DNA of 64,000 nucleotides from a virus (Duplodnaviria; Heunggongvirae; Uroviricota; Caudoviricetes): IMG/VR virus record IMGVR_UViG_3300045988_149737; one strand, 5' to 3'. Shown piece by piece: positions 27,624 to 37,101 of this stretch (position 1 is its first letter; each line of letters starts with the position of its first letter). The notes under the pieces were generated by a model. It saw only the letters and a program-made list of their open reading frames with translations, ran no database searches and was not told where the DNA came from. The position numbers and the translations under genes were made by a program.

Positions 27624-28568
27624 GTGAATTATCTCTTCGTAGATGGCAATAGCCTTGGTTATTACCACCAACAATCTGACAAATTGCACAACGGCGAAAT
27701 GGAAGTACAGGCTGCTTTCGGCTTTGTTAAGAACGTCCGTCGTTATGCCTCCATCCTCCATGCCCGACCTATGATTCTTTGGGATGGATTTAGTGACAAG
27801 CGTCGCGACTTTTACCCGGACTACAAAGCAAATCGCGACGACGATCCTGATATGAAAAAGATGAAGGAAGGCTTTGCTATCCAGAAGCCATACATCCTCA
27901 AAATGATGACCGCGCTTGGAGTTACCCAACTCATTGCAAAAGATGCAGAAGCGGATGATCTGGCCGGGCTGCTGGTAGCCAGCATTGCACCGCAGCCAAT
28001 CGTTGAACACATCTATCTGTTAACAGGCGATAGCGACTGGCTTCAGTTAGTTCGCGAAAACGTAAGCTGGGTAAGCCTGCGCGAAGACGCCAAAAACAAG
28101 CAGGTTAATTTTGAGCAATTTGCGGAGCTGACAGGATTCGCTACTCCTCGCGCATTTTTGGAAGCAAAAGCATTACAAGGCGATAAATCGGACAACATTA
28201 GCGGTGTTGGTGGCATTGGTGCTGGCGGTGCGAAAGAGCTGCTGCATGAATGGGGAAGTGTCGCAACGATGGTACGCGGCATCAACGACGGCTCAATCGT
28301 GGTTAATAAAGGGCGTCATAAGACCGCCTTCAACAAACTAGCGAAGAATGCCTTCAACGAGAAAACAGGCTGTCGAATGCTCGAAGCGTTCAAGAGAAAC
28401 ATCACGCTAATGAACCTGATTGAGACGAAGTTTCCGCCTACCGAAATCGAAACAATCAAAGGCAATCGTGACGTGAAAGCATTCGAGCAACTGTGCTACG
28501 AGCTGAATTTCCGTTCGTTCCTTGAAGATCTTGAAGTGTTTGTTCTTCCATTCGAAAGGTATTGCTAA
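27624..28568 (+). CDS. 5'-3' exonuclease / flap endonuclease
   Basis: H3TH GDKSDNISGVGGIG; GTG 27624 with AAGGA RBS chosen because track start 27573 lies inside the terminator. Confidence 0.7.
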   Translation: MNYLFVDGNSLGYYHQQSDKLHNGEMEVQAAFGFVKNVRRYASILHARPMILWDGFSDKRRDFYPDYKANRDDDPDMKKMKEGFAIQKPYILKMMTALGVTQLIAKDAEADDLAGLLVASIAPQPIVEHIYLLTGDSDWLQLVRENVSWVSLREDAKNKQVNFEQFAELTGFATPRAFLEAKALQGDKSDNISGVGGIGAGGAKELLHEWGSVATMVRGINDGSIVVNKGRHKTAFNKLAKNAFNEKTGCRMLEAFKRNITLMNLIETKFPPTEIETIKGNRDVKAFEQLCYELNFRSFLEDLEVFVLPFERYC

Positions 28569-28834
28569 TGCTTAAATCGATTATCAATGGCGCTACAACC
28601 ACCCCTGCCCAACTGGCAAAAGAGATTGTCTTTTATCACGGTGAGTACGCTGTCATCGCACTGCCGTCAATTCTAGGCGCTGCCGGAATGAAAGCGACAG
28701 ATCGCGAGTTTGGATTAGTCAGCGAGCAGGTCGTAAAAATCCTCGCTCGTGTATCCAGACTCCTTAATCACGATGCGATTGTATTCGACGAATCCGCCGC
28801 TTTAAAACGAATCAACGAAACAAAAGGAGCCTGA
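28568..28834 (+). CDS. hypothetical protein
   Basis: About 88 aa; start overlaps FEN stop. Confidence 0.4.
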   Translation: MLKSIINGATTTPAQLAKEIVFYHGEYAVIALPSILGAAGMKATDREFGLVSEQVVKILARVSRLLNHDAIVFDESAALKRINETKGA

Positions 28835-28836
28835 TC

Positions 28837-31176
28837 ATGGCAAAAGGAAAATCCGCACTGGCACTTGCTCTGAAAAAGAAAATCGGTAGCAACGACGAAA
28901 TTCAGAAAGTAACTCATTGGATTGACACAGGCTTTCCTCCGTTAAACAAAGCTATTTCCGGTCGTTACGATGGCGGTTTCCCATGTGGTCGTATCGTCGA
29001 AGTATTCGGGCCGCCAAGCGCGGGGAAATGTGTTACCGCAGACACCATGCTGCTGACGGAGCGTGGAATGGTAACAGTGAAAGAGTTGTTTGAGATTGAA
29101 GGGTACAAAGCGACATGCACTACTCGCGATGTAGAGCATAACGTTGGACTCATCAATGAAAATGGCGTGATAGAGAAGACCTCACACCTGACATGGAACA
29201 ACCGTCGCAAATTCAAGCGTATTAAGCTGGCATCAGGCGGTTATATCGAGGCTACGTTCCGTCACCCAATCCGTGTGGTTGACGACTTAGGTAATGTCGT
29301 CTGGCGACATGCTGAAAAAATCAGTGTAGGCGACACGATTCCTTCAATGGTTGGCACACATCAATTCGGCGATCAGCACCTGGATGCCAATATCGCAAAA
29401 CTGATGGGCTATTTAATTGCTGACGGATACGTGGCCTCTGAAAATTCAGTGAATTTTTCTAACACAGATCCTTTCATCAAGGATGAGTACTACCGCCTCA
29501 TTTCGCTGGTATCAGACAAGATGCCAGTTACGAGAAAACATAACGGCTCGGAAGACCATGTGCTGTTTAGCAAAGAGGTGCGTTCGCTGCTTTTTAAAGA
29601 ATATGGTCTGGAGTATGAGAAAGCTGCTGGCAAGCAGGTTCCGTTGAGTGTGCGTCGCGCCAATAGCGAGGCTCAAATTGCATTCCTTCGCGGCTACTTT
29701 GAGCTGGAATGCCACGTCAATGATGGTCGCTGCATTGAGGTTGTGAGCGCGAGTGGGCTGCTGCTACAGCAAATTCGCCTCATGCTCCTGAATCTGGGGA
29801 TTACGTCAACTGTCTCTGAAAAACACGTCGCGGGTTATGAAAATACATATTACCGGCTGTCATTCAGTGGCTCTAATTACGACCTTTTTCTGTCAACGAT
29901 TGGTTTCGAATCTCCGGCACGTTTATCAGTGGCAACCAAACGGGACATTGGTTTTGACCGCACTTACTCAGGCTATGTTCCGCACATCAGCGGCTTAGTG
30001 AAATCACTCTACGAGTCGCTCACCAAGACCACCCGTGAAGACTACGCTCTGGTAGACCACGTTATTGGCCGCGGCGATCGTGTCGGAATAGACAAACTGC
30101 GAGAAATCTATGTCTCCTTCATTGGCAGAAAGAATCGTTTTAACGAGCATCTGTTTGCAGAACTGGCAGCGGTAATTGGCTCTAACTTGTTCTACGACGA
30201 AGTCGTGGCTATTGAGGAAGGTGAAGCACCAACGTTCGACGTAGCGATGCCGGAAACACACTCTTTCTGGTCTAACGGGATTATCAGCCACAACACATTC
30301 CTTGCAACAGCAGCAATGATCTCCGCACAGAAACAAGATGGTCTGGCGGTATTCCTCGATCATGAGAACAGTTTTGACGTTGGCCTGGCTGTAGCCAATG
30401 GCCTGAACGCAGATGAGGATGACGGTCAGTGGGTATACAAGCAGCCAGATACCTTCGAAGACTCTGTAGAGTTGATCGGCACAATACTTAAATTGGTTCG
30501 TGATGAAGAGCTTATCCCCGAATCAGCACCTATCTGTATCGTGGCTGACTCTCTTGCGTCTATGGTTCCGAACTCCAAAGCCGAGAAGTTCGAAAAGATG
30601 GCTGAAGGCACTGCCAAAGACAAAGATCAGCTAAACATGAACGACAATACGGCACTGGCTCGTGCGACGAGTGCGAACTTCCCTACTCTGGCTTTGTGGG
30701 CACGCAAATACAACGCCTGCATCATCTTCTTGAATCAGGTTCGCACAAAAATCGGTGTAATGTTTGGCGACCCTACTACGTCGCCAGGTGGAGATTCACC
30801 GAAGTTCTACGCTTCTGTACGTATCCGTCTTGGTGCATCGGTGATGAAGGATGGTAAAGAGAAGATCGGCCAGGACGTAGGCGCAGAATGCATCAAAAAC
30901 AAAGTTGCACCACCGTATGGCAAATGCACCTGGAAATTCTACTTCGATCCTACTCGTGGCCTCGACGTTATCGAATCGCTCGTCGAGTACATGCTGGAAG
31001 AAGGATACCTGCCAAAGAACGCCAGCGGGCGAGTTGAAATTGGTGACAAGAAATACACCAAATCGCAGATCGTCGAGATGTATCGGGAGAAGCCACTGGC
31101 TGAAATCATTGCGGCTTTGCAGGCAATCGACGACCGAAGAGCAAAAGACAACCCCACCGAGTCAGTAGAAGAGTAA
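28837..31176 (+). CDS. RecA-like recombinase interrupted by an intein
   Basis: Exteins give GPPSAGK|TFLATAA (Walker A) and IFLNQVRTKIGVMFGDPTTSPGGDSPKFYASVRIRLG; 779-aa precursor, about 357-aa spliced product. Confidence 0.8.
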   Translation: MAKGKSALALALKKKIGSNDEIQKVTHWIDTGFPPLNKAISGRYDGGFPCGRIVEVFGPPSAGKCVTADTMLLTERGMVTVKELFEIEGYKATCTTRDVEHNVGLINENGVIEKTSHLTWNNRRKFKRIKLASGGYIEATFRHPIRVVDDLGNVVWRHAEKISVGDTIPSMVGTHQFGDQHLDANIAKLMGYLIADGYVASENSVNFSNTDPFIKDEYYRLISLVSDKMPVTRKHNGSEDHVLFSKEVRSLLFKEYGLEYEKAAGKQVPLSVRRANSEAQIAFLRGYFELECHVNDGRCIEVVSASGLLLQQIRLMLLNLGITSTVSEKHVAGYENTYYRLSFSGSNYDLFLSTIGFESPARLSVATKRDIGFDRTYSGYVPHISGLVKSLYESLTKTTREDYALVDHVIGRGDRVGIDKLREIYVSFIGRKNRFNEHLFAELAAVIGSNLFYDEVVAIEEGEAPTFDVAMPETHSFWSNGIISHNTFLATAAMISAQKQDGLAVFLDHENSFDVGLAVANGLNADEDDGQWVYKQPDTFEDSVELIGTILKLVRDEELIPESAPICIVADSLASMVPNSKAEKFEKMAEGTAKDKDQLNMNDNTALARATSANFPTLALWARKYNACIIFLNQVRTKIGVMFGDPTTSPGGDSPKFYASVRIRLGASVMKDGKEKIGQDVGAECIKNKVAPPYGKCTWKFYFDPTRGLDVIESLVEYMLEEGYLPKNASGRVEIGDKKYTKSQIVEMYREKPLAEIIAALQAIDDRRAKDNPTESVEE
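29029..30294 (+). mobile_element. intein with LAGLIDADG homing-endonuclease domain in the RecA P-loop
   Basis: In-frame 422 codons starting at Cys codon 29029 and ending SHN (Asn codon 30292-30294) before Thr; LAGLIDADG blocks LMGYLIADGYV and FLRGYFELECHV. Confidence 0.75.
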
Positions 31177-31180
31177 ACAC

Positions 31181-31207
31181 AAGGCGTCCACAGGACGCCT
31201 TTTTTAT
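31181..31207 (+). terminator. rho-independent terminator
   Basis: AAGGCGTCCacagGACGCCTT then TTTTT. Confidence 0.75.
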
Positions 31208-31268
31208 CTCTTGAAAATATATAAGCACTTACTTATTATTTTCGCATAACAACCACATAGGAAAACAC

Positions 31269-31469
31269 ATGATCAAAATCTATCTATTGGCAGTAGCCAC
31301 AGGCCTTTCAGTGGCTCTCATCTACGGTTTACTGGTTCCGTCGCTGATTTCTACCAAGAGTGATTTAGCCGTCATGTTTGGAGTTATCGTTGGTTTTGGT
31401 GCTCCTGTAATCGGTCTTATTGCTGGTCGTAAGTTTATCAACTCATTAATCAAAGCAAAGGGGAAATAA
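31269..31469 (+). CDS. small two-TM membrane protein
   Basis: 66 aa, two hydrophobic helices; 3 bp upstream of SPFH lipoprotein gene. Confidence 0.45.
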   Translation: MIKIYLLAVATGLSVALIYGLLVPSLISTKSDLAVMFGVIVGFGAPVIGLIAGRKFINSLIKAKGK

Positions 31470-31472
31470 GTA

Positions 31473-32303
31473 ATGAAGAAAGGTTTACTTGCAGTTGCTC
31501 TGGCGGCTATTTGCACAATGGGTCTTACTGGCTGCGATCGCGTGGAGCCTGGATACGTTGGCATCAAAGTAAACAAATTAGGTGAAGACAAAGGGATTGG
31601 TGAAGTGGTTGGCGTTGGTCGCCAATGGACAGGTCTTAACACCGAACTTTACGTATTCCCGACCTTCAAACAAATGAAGACCTACGACGAGCCGTTCACA
31701 TTCCAGATGAGTGACGGTACTGCTATTGGTCACAAAATTGGCGTTGCGTATCTGGTTAATCGTGACAAGGTAACGACGGTGTTCCAGACCTATCGCAAAG
31801 GCGTAGACGATATCACCGAATCAGATCTGCGTCAGAAAATTGCCGACTCTCTAAACCGTTTGGCCAGCCGTATGACCACTGACTCATTTATCGACGGTGG
31901 TAAGGCACAATTGCTGGACAACGCACTGAAAGATATTCAGAAAGAGATGTCTCCGGTTGGTATTGAGGTACTGAGCCTGTCATGGGTTGGAAAGCCTGAT
32001 TACCCAAAAACTGTCATTGAATCTATTAACGCCAAAGTAACGGCTAACCAGCGTACTCTGCAACGTCAGCAGGAAGTAGAACAACGTAAAGCTGAGGCGA
32101 ATATGCTGCGTGAACAGGCTAATGGTGAAGCTGATGCTATCCGTGCTCGTGCGCAGGCAGAAGCAGATGCCATTCGTCTGCGCGGTGAAGCTCTGCGTCA
32201 AAACCCGAACGTTATGGAACTGGAAGCCATCAATAAATGGAATGGCCAGTTACCGCAGTACATGACTCAAGGGGCTAACACTCCTTTCATTACAGTGAAA
32301 TAA
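31473..32303 (+). CDS. SPFH/band-7 domain lipoprotein
   Basis: Signal peptide with lipobox LTGC; SPFH-like core; C-terminal coiled-coil-like Ala/Arg/Glu-rich region. Confidence 0.5.
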   Translation: MKKGLLAVALAAICTMGLTGCDRVEPGYVGIKVNKLGEDKGIGEVVGVGRQWTGLNTELYVFPTFKQMKTYDEPFTFQMSDGTAIGHKIGVAYLVNRDKVTTVFQTYRKGVDDITESDLRQKIADSLNRLASRMTTDSFIDGGKAQLLDNALKDIQKEMSPVGIEVLSLSWVGKPDYPKTVIESINAKVTANQRTLQRQQEVEQRKAEANMLREQANGEADAIRARAQAEADAIRLRGEALRQNPNVMELEAINKWNGQLPQYMTQGANTPFITVK

Positions 32304-32316
32304 CTCCCCTAAAAAG

Positions 32317-32346
32317 TTCAGGCGTCCAGTTGGACGCCTTTTTTAT
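32317..32346 (+). terminator. rho-independent terminator
   Basis: AGGCGTCCAgtTGGACGCCT then TTTTTT. Confidence 0.75.
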
Positions 32347-32394
32347 CGCAATTATCTTATTAAGAAAACAATTTGTTTAAAAGGATAAGAAAAC

Positions 32395-32820
32395 ATGACA
32401 GCTATTAAGAAACTCTACGATGCCGCAAACGTGGCTCTGGATGTTATTGATGATGAAGTAGCAAAAGGCTTTCCTGAACCTGATTGGGCGCATCAGCTAC
32501 GAAACGCTATCGCAGAAATGACCCCACCAGATCCAACCCCCGACGAGACAGACTGGCAGCGATTCATCCGTATGTACGCTCAGGAAATAGGTCCAACGCC
32601 AACGGCAGAGCAGGCAATGCTGCTGAAATACTTCAAAGAGGCGGGAGAGGATTTACCAATTGATGACTCAGCATATTGGTTCCACTGCGCATGGCGTAAG
32701 TATGACGTGATATTCACACAAGGCATGGGAAGCAAAGATATGGTTGTGTGGCATCTACTCCATATAGACACAGCCGTTGACAGAGTTATTGAACAGTTTT
32801 TCCCTAAACAAGAAGATTGA
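32395..32820 (+). CDS. hypothetical protein
   Basis: 141 aa; preceded by the GAAAACAATTTGTTTAA upstream motif. Confidence 0.45.
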   Translation: MTAIKKLYDAANVALDVIDDEVAKGFPEPDWAHQLRNAIAEMTPPDPTPDETDWQRFIRMYAQEIGPTPTAEQAMLLKYFKEAGEDLPIDDSAYWFHCAWRKYDVIFTQGMGSKDMVVWHLLHIDTAVDRVIEQFFPKQED

Positions 32821-32875
32821 TCGCCTATTCATAACTAACAAAATAAGTAAACACTAACCACAAAAGGAAAAACAC

Positions 32876-33151
32876 ATGAGAGTTTTAGTTCGAATCGTTA
32901 CCAGCACTGTCTATGACGTGTTTCCGCTTTTTATGGTCAAAGCCGATGGCCTTAACGACGAAGAAACTGACGCGCTGATCCAGCGTATTCTCGTTGAATA
33001 TACAGGTCATGACGCTGATTCAGTGATGGTTGATGATGATGGTGTTTGTTGGCATAACGGCAACTGTTGGTACGTAGAAGAGACTCAACAAATCAGTGAT
33101 GAAGATGCCGCACATCTTGAGCGTATTTTAAGCATCAGCACTTTTGAGTGA
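32876..33151 (+). CDS. hypothetical protein
   Basis: 91 aa; AAAAGGAAAAACACATG context. Confidence 0.4.
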   Translation: MRVLVRIVTSTVYDVFPLFMVKADGLNDEETDALIQRILVEYTGHDADSVMVDDDGVCWHNGNCWYVEETQQISDEDAAHLERILSISTFE

Positions 33152-33366
33152 GTTTACAGTAAAATTTATATAAGTTAGTATCTACCTATCATGAAGATTT
33201 TTATTGAATACTTGTTACTCATCGTGTCAATAGCTTTTGTCATCGACTGCATTTTCACTGGTGTCATTCGTAAAGTCTTTTCCCCGGTGAACGACGTAGT
33301 CATAAACGCTTTGGCTATCGTGCTCGTATTTAATTCAGCATTTGATGTAATCAAAGAGGTGGCAGC

Positions 33367-33702
33367 ATGAAGGCCATCCCATTCGCGCTGTTGTTCCTTT
33401 CTTCGATCGTTGTGGCCGACACCACTGTTTATCAGTGTGAAATGTCTGTAGCCGACGTTAAGAATGGCGCTCTTACCGACGTCATAAAAGCACCATATGG
33501 AGCGATGGTCGTAGACAGCGGCGACCAGTTCTATGTTGTGCGTGACGATCGAGTGTTGTCATCCCCATATCTCACAAATCGTAATGGCAAATTAACCGGC
33601 GTCGGAGAAGACCACTTCGTATACAACAAATACAAGGGCTTCTATGGCGTTCACGCTTCTCAGCAAAGCTACCTTTTCGATGACTGCAAGGAGGTTGGAT
33701 AA
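33367..33702 (+). CDS. secreted/periplasmic hypothetical protein
   Basis: N-terminal signal peptide MKAIPFALLFLSSIVVA. Confidence 0.4.
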   Translation: MKAIPFALLFLSSIVVADTTVYQCEMSVADVKNGALTDVIKAPYGAMVVDSGDQFYVVRDDRVLSSPYLTNRNGKLTGVGEDHFVYNKYKGFYGVHASQQSYLFDDCKEVG

Positions 33703-33914
33703 TGGCATTAACACTGGCAGGTCTGGAAATCGAGAAAACAAGCGGCTACTGGCGTGCTAAGGGTTTCAAGCAGCCTGGCATTCTTGAGCGTCTGGAACGT
33801 GAAGATGGGTATATCGTCCACCAGCGGCGTGAATGGCGTATGTACGATCCAGAAACAGGAAAACTGACTACAAAAGCCGGAACACTTTGGGGTCTGTTGA
33901 AGAAAATACACTAA
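33702..33914 (+). CDS. hypothetical protein
   Basis: 70 aa; start overlaps previous stop. Confidence 0.3.
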   Translation: MALTLAGLEIEKTSGYWRAKGFKQPGILERLEREDGYIVHQRREWRMYDPETGKLTTKAGTLWGLLKKIH

Positions 33915-34395
33915 TAGCACCAACCACTGCGGTGAGTAGTCTGCTCACCGCATTCGTATCCAGCTCATTATCCACTGTAGTCAGTAACAAAACCTTCCTA
34001 CATATCTGCTAACCACTGTAGCGAGTAGACAGCCTTTCATTCGCATCAAACAACCACTATGGTGAGTATTGGAGTGAGATGTCCAGCGGGTATCCACTAT
34101 GGTGAGTAAGCCTTTGCTGTTTTCAGTGGATATCCACTCGCCACAGTGGATACGCTCAAAGATGAGGGCGACAACAACCACTATAGACAGTAAATTTTCC
34201 AAGATACCCAGTGACCACTAACCTCGCAGCCCTTGTTTCATCAGTGTTAGTGATCACTAACATTTAATTCAGTATTTGCATTCTACTGCCTACAGTGGTT
34301 ATCAACAGATAACGATACTCACTATAGTGGATAGCGAATTACAGATATAAGTAAGGCTCACTACAGTGGATAGTGAGCCTTACTACTAACTACAG
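33908..34395. repeat. iteron array A (about 11 copies, both orientations), incA-like
   Basis: Repeated AACCACTrTrGTGAGTA / CTACAGTGGATAG units around palindromic core CCACTATAGTGG; downstream of repA. Confidence 0.7.
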
Positions 34396-34403
34396 TGGTT
34401 GGG

Positions 34404-35459
34404 CTATTTGCGAGTCTTTGCCTTGCGCAACTCTTCGAGAAGCGCCAGTTCTTCTTTACTCAACATGACCATTTTGCCTTCTTTTTCGTCAGGCACAACG
34501 TCGATAATGTCATCTTGATTCTCATCTGGGAGGCTATATTCCGTCTCATCATTATCGATTTTTGTTGATATTTGTGCCTGGCGTAACTTTGGCCGCCTAT
34601 AGTGGATGACGAAGTAGACCGAGTTTCCGCGCTTAACTTCCGTGTAATCGAGATATCCTATCTCTCGCAGCTGTTCCATAGCCTTTCTTACCGTCGCATT
34701 CTGAGTAATAGTGCGACTTGTTAGATTAAGTCTGGCGCGTAAACGGGCTAGTGATATTGGTGCCGGATCAGGCGGCAAACTTTCAATAAAAGTATAAAGC
34801 GCCTGAGCGGATTCTTTTCTTGAGAGTTCGTTTATAGCCCGGAGTTGCAGAAGAACCTTTTTGTCGAACTGGTAGAGTTCGAAAATCTTGGGATCTGCTT
34901 TCAGTTCGACCGTATCGTGCTTGACACTATATTTTGCCGTTTGCACAAGATGCGTTACGTAAAACTCATCAGAGCCTTTGCTACGGAACGAGATGGTATT
35001 TGTGGCAATACGGCTTAGCGAACTGTCCAGGCGTTTGCGTAACTTCGCTGATGACCTGGCGGTCGGAATGCCACACAGCCTTACAAACTCAACGAACGGC
35101 AACGTGACAGTATCGCCAACGACCTTGTGTTTGGCAAACGCGTGGATTATTCCCACCCACGTTTTAAAGTCGTTATCCATATCAAGCCGAAGGCCAGAGA
35201 TCCTTATGTCTTCGTACCCTTCGGCTTTTGCCAGAGACAGCTGTTTGAGTTCAGCAGAGGCATCCATAGAGACCATTTGCCCCTTTCTTCCTCTGGATGT
35301 CGATTTCAGCGTCGGAACGAAGAGGCCCAGACGCATCAAAGCAACAGGCTGAACAGTGTTATTAGTGTTAGGAACCAACATAACAACTTCGCCTGTCTTT
35401 TTATCTGTTTCTGAAAATGCTTCAACGATCGCTATGTTTTTATTGCCGTTTTCGCTCAT
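34404..35459 (-). CDS. repA: RepA-like plasmid replication initiator (P1 RepA family)
   Basis: Blocks [68 protein letters not shown] resemble P1 RepA as recalled; flanked by iterons. Confidence 0.65.
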   Translation of the reverse strand: MSENGNKNIAIVEAFSETDKKTGEVVMLVPNTNNTVQPVALMRLGLFVPTLKSTSRGRKGQMVSMDASAELKQLSLAKAEGYEDIRISGLRLDMDNDFKTWVGIIHAFAKHKVVGDTVTLPFVEFVRLCGIPTARSSAKLRKRLDSSLSRIATNTISFRSKGSDEFYVTHLVQTAKYSVKHDTVELKADPKIFELYQFDKKVLLQLRAINELSRKESAQALYTFIESLPPDPAPISLARLRARLNLTSRTITQNATVRKAMEQLREIGYLDYTEVKRGNSVYFVIHYRRPKLRQAQISTKIDNDETEYSLPDENQDDIIDVVPDEKEGKMVMLSKEELALLEELRKAKTRK

Positions 35460-35494
35460 TCCAAATGTCTCTTGTTATTCGACGGCTTTGGTGG

Positions 35495-35635
35495 CCTTTG
35501 CTGATTACAGTGGATAGTAGCACTCATCACAGCGGTTATCCTACCGTCTATAGTGGTTTTTCTCCTCTCTATAGTGGTTGCTTTGCTCCCTATAGTGGAT
35601 TATTCGCTCTCTATAGTGGATATCGATCATGTCTG
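35495..35635. repeat. iteron array B (about 6 direct copies, 22-bp period)
   Basis: CTATAGTGGwT units at about 35504, 35529, 35548, 35570, 35592, 35614. Confidence 0.7.
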
Positions 35636-35639
35636 AAGG

Positions 35640-35890
35640 CAGATGGCACAACGGTTTGAGGTGGGCGGGGATCTTATTGGGTCTTTATGGGTCTCTTTGG
35701 TTCTCTTTGTGATCTGAATTACTGGATCGGGCCTGTGGATAAAAATCAGAGGATTTCAAGAACAGGTAACTCTACTCTTCTGTGGATATTTAAGGACATA
35801 AGAATCATGACTAAGAGTAGAGTTTAAAATATATCTATGTATATCAGTATGTTAATGAAGAATTAAGTCATTAAGTTATCCATAAAAGAC
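35640..35890. promoter_or_regulatory. AT-rich origin segment with DnaA-box matches
   Basis: TGTGGATAA at 35734-35742 (reverse complement TTATCCACA), TGTGGATAT 35781-35789, TTATCCATA 35876-35884; GATC sites at 35671, 35711, 35725. Confidence 0.55.
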
Positions 35891-35899
35891 AATGTGCTC

Positions 35900-36008
35900 T
35901 ACTCTCTACAGTGGATATATACAGCTCTCCAGAGTGGTTGTTTTACTCTTCATAGCGGTTATTCAGCTCTCTACAGAGGTTTCTTTGCTCTCCATAGTGG
36001 ATGGCAAC
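35900..36008. repeat. iteron array C (about 5 direct copies, 22-bp period)
   Basis: CTACAGTGGATAT, CCAGAGTGGTTG, TCATAGCGGTTAT, CTACAGAGGTTTC, CCATAGTGGATGG spaced 22 bp. Confidence 0.65.
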
Positions 36009-36043
36009 ACCCTTTCAGACCAGTAACCGCAACGGCTAGAGGC

Positions 36044-36101
36044 GATCGGGGATCTCTTTGGATCTTCTATTTGATCTTACTTGGGATCTCTTATTTGGAT
36101 C
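36044..36101. promoter_or_regulatory. GATC cluster (6 sites in 58 bp)
   Basis: GATC at 36044, 36051, 36061, 36073, 36086, 36098. Confidence 0.5.
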
Positions 36102-36202
36102 TATCCAGTGGATAACTGGGATAAGTAAAACAGGCAAATGCAGATTAAGGTATGCCTAATGAGTTATCGTAGCATCGGCCAATAACTACTGAAAAAACGA
36201 TT

Positions 36203-36847
36203 ATGGATCTAAAACGCACGCGCTGGGTTCGTCGTCTTGAGGACGGCTCCTACACTATCGAATCAAATTCCAACCTGAATAAGCAGAAGTTACTTTGTGA
36301 TATCTGCGGTATAGCGGCGAAGTGCCCGATCTACGAAACCAGAATTAAACTTGATAAGGCTGGTGTGAACTTTCATTTGAATAGTTGTATCAGGTACGTT
36401 CCATTGCTCGCATTTCGTAAACCGATCATCGGATTGGATGCGCCCTACTTCAACACACTCCGTTCAGGAGTAACGTGGCGAGATCGTTTATCACCAGACA
36501 AACTGATTTGCCTTGTATCCGCAGATACAGGAAAAATCATTCGTTTTGGGAAAGTAGACAAGGTTTACTCAGGCCCAGTTGACGAGATGTTGCGGAAACA
36601 CAGCCGGTTTAATCACCTCTGCATGGGTGGTGAGAAAATCGAGAAGGTTGAAGAAGTGATCCGCAAATCCTACGGACACTTCCTGACCAAAGATAGCCTG
36701 CTCACTGCAATCTACATCAGACATGTAAAACGTGAGTTCGACCTTGAATACCATAGCGAAGAAGAACTGAACCTTGTCGATCCACGTCCTAAAGCTGGCG
36801 TCATAAGCATAAATGCAGCGCGTAAAAAGCCCACTGACGCGCTGTAA
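36203..36847 (+). CDS. hypothetical protein
   Basis: 214-aa ORF after origin region. Confidence 0.45.
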   Translation: MDLKRTRWVRRLEDGSYTIESNSNLNKQKLLCDICGIAAKCPIYETRIKLDKAGVNFHLNSCIRYVPLLAFRKPIIGLDAPYFNTLRSGVTWRDRLSPDKLICLVSADTGKIIRFGKVDKVYSGPVDEMLRKHSRFNHLCMGGEKIEKVEEVIRKSYGHFLTKDSLLTAIYIRHVKREFDLEYHSEEELNLVDPRPKAGVISINAARKKPTDAL

Positions 36848-37101
36848 CCCTCCAGATCGTATATTGGCGTAGATAGAATCTACGCCCCCTCAAAATAGCT
36901 CTCATAGCGTTCTACAGTGATCCTGTCTTATTTTTAGTCATACAGACAAGCAAAGTTGCGCCACGATAAATAGGTATATACTTACTTATAAATTTTGTAT
37001 ATTAAGGCGCTCGTTTCATTCCTAACATACCGTTATGCATAGTTGTTTACCTCCTCATTGCTCTTAGAATTTGTATCAAAATAACCACAAAGGAAAAACA
37101 C

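Noticed and set aside
35417-36115. Two + strand ORFs (35417..35659 and 35894..36115)
   Set aside because: Both lie entirely within the 22-bp-phased iteron arrays; their repetitive translations reflect the iterons, not coding sequence.
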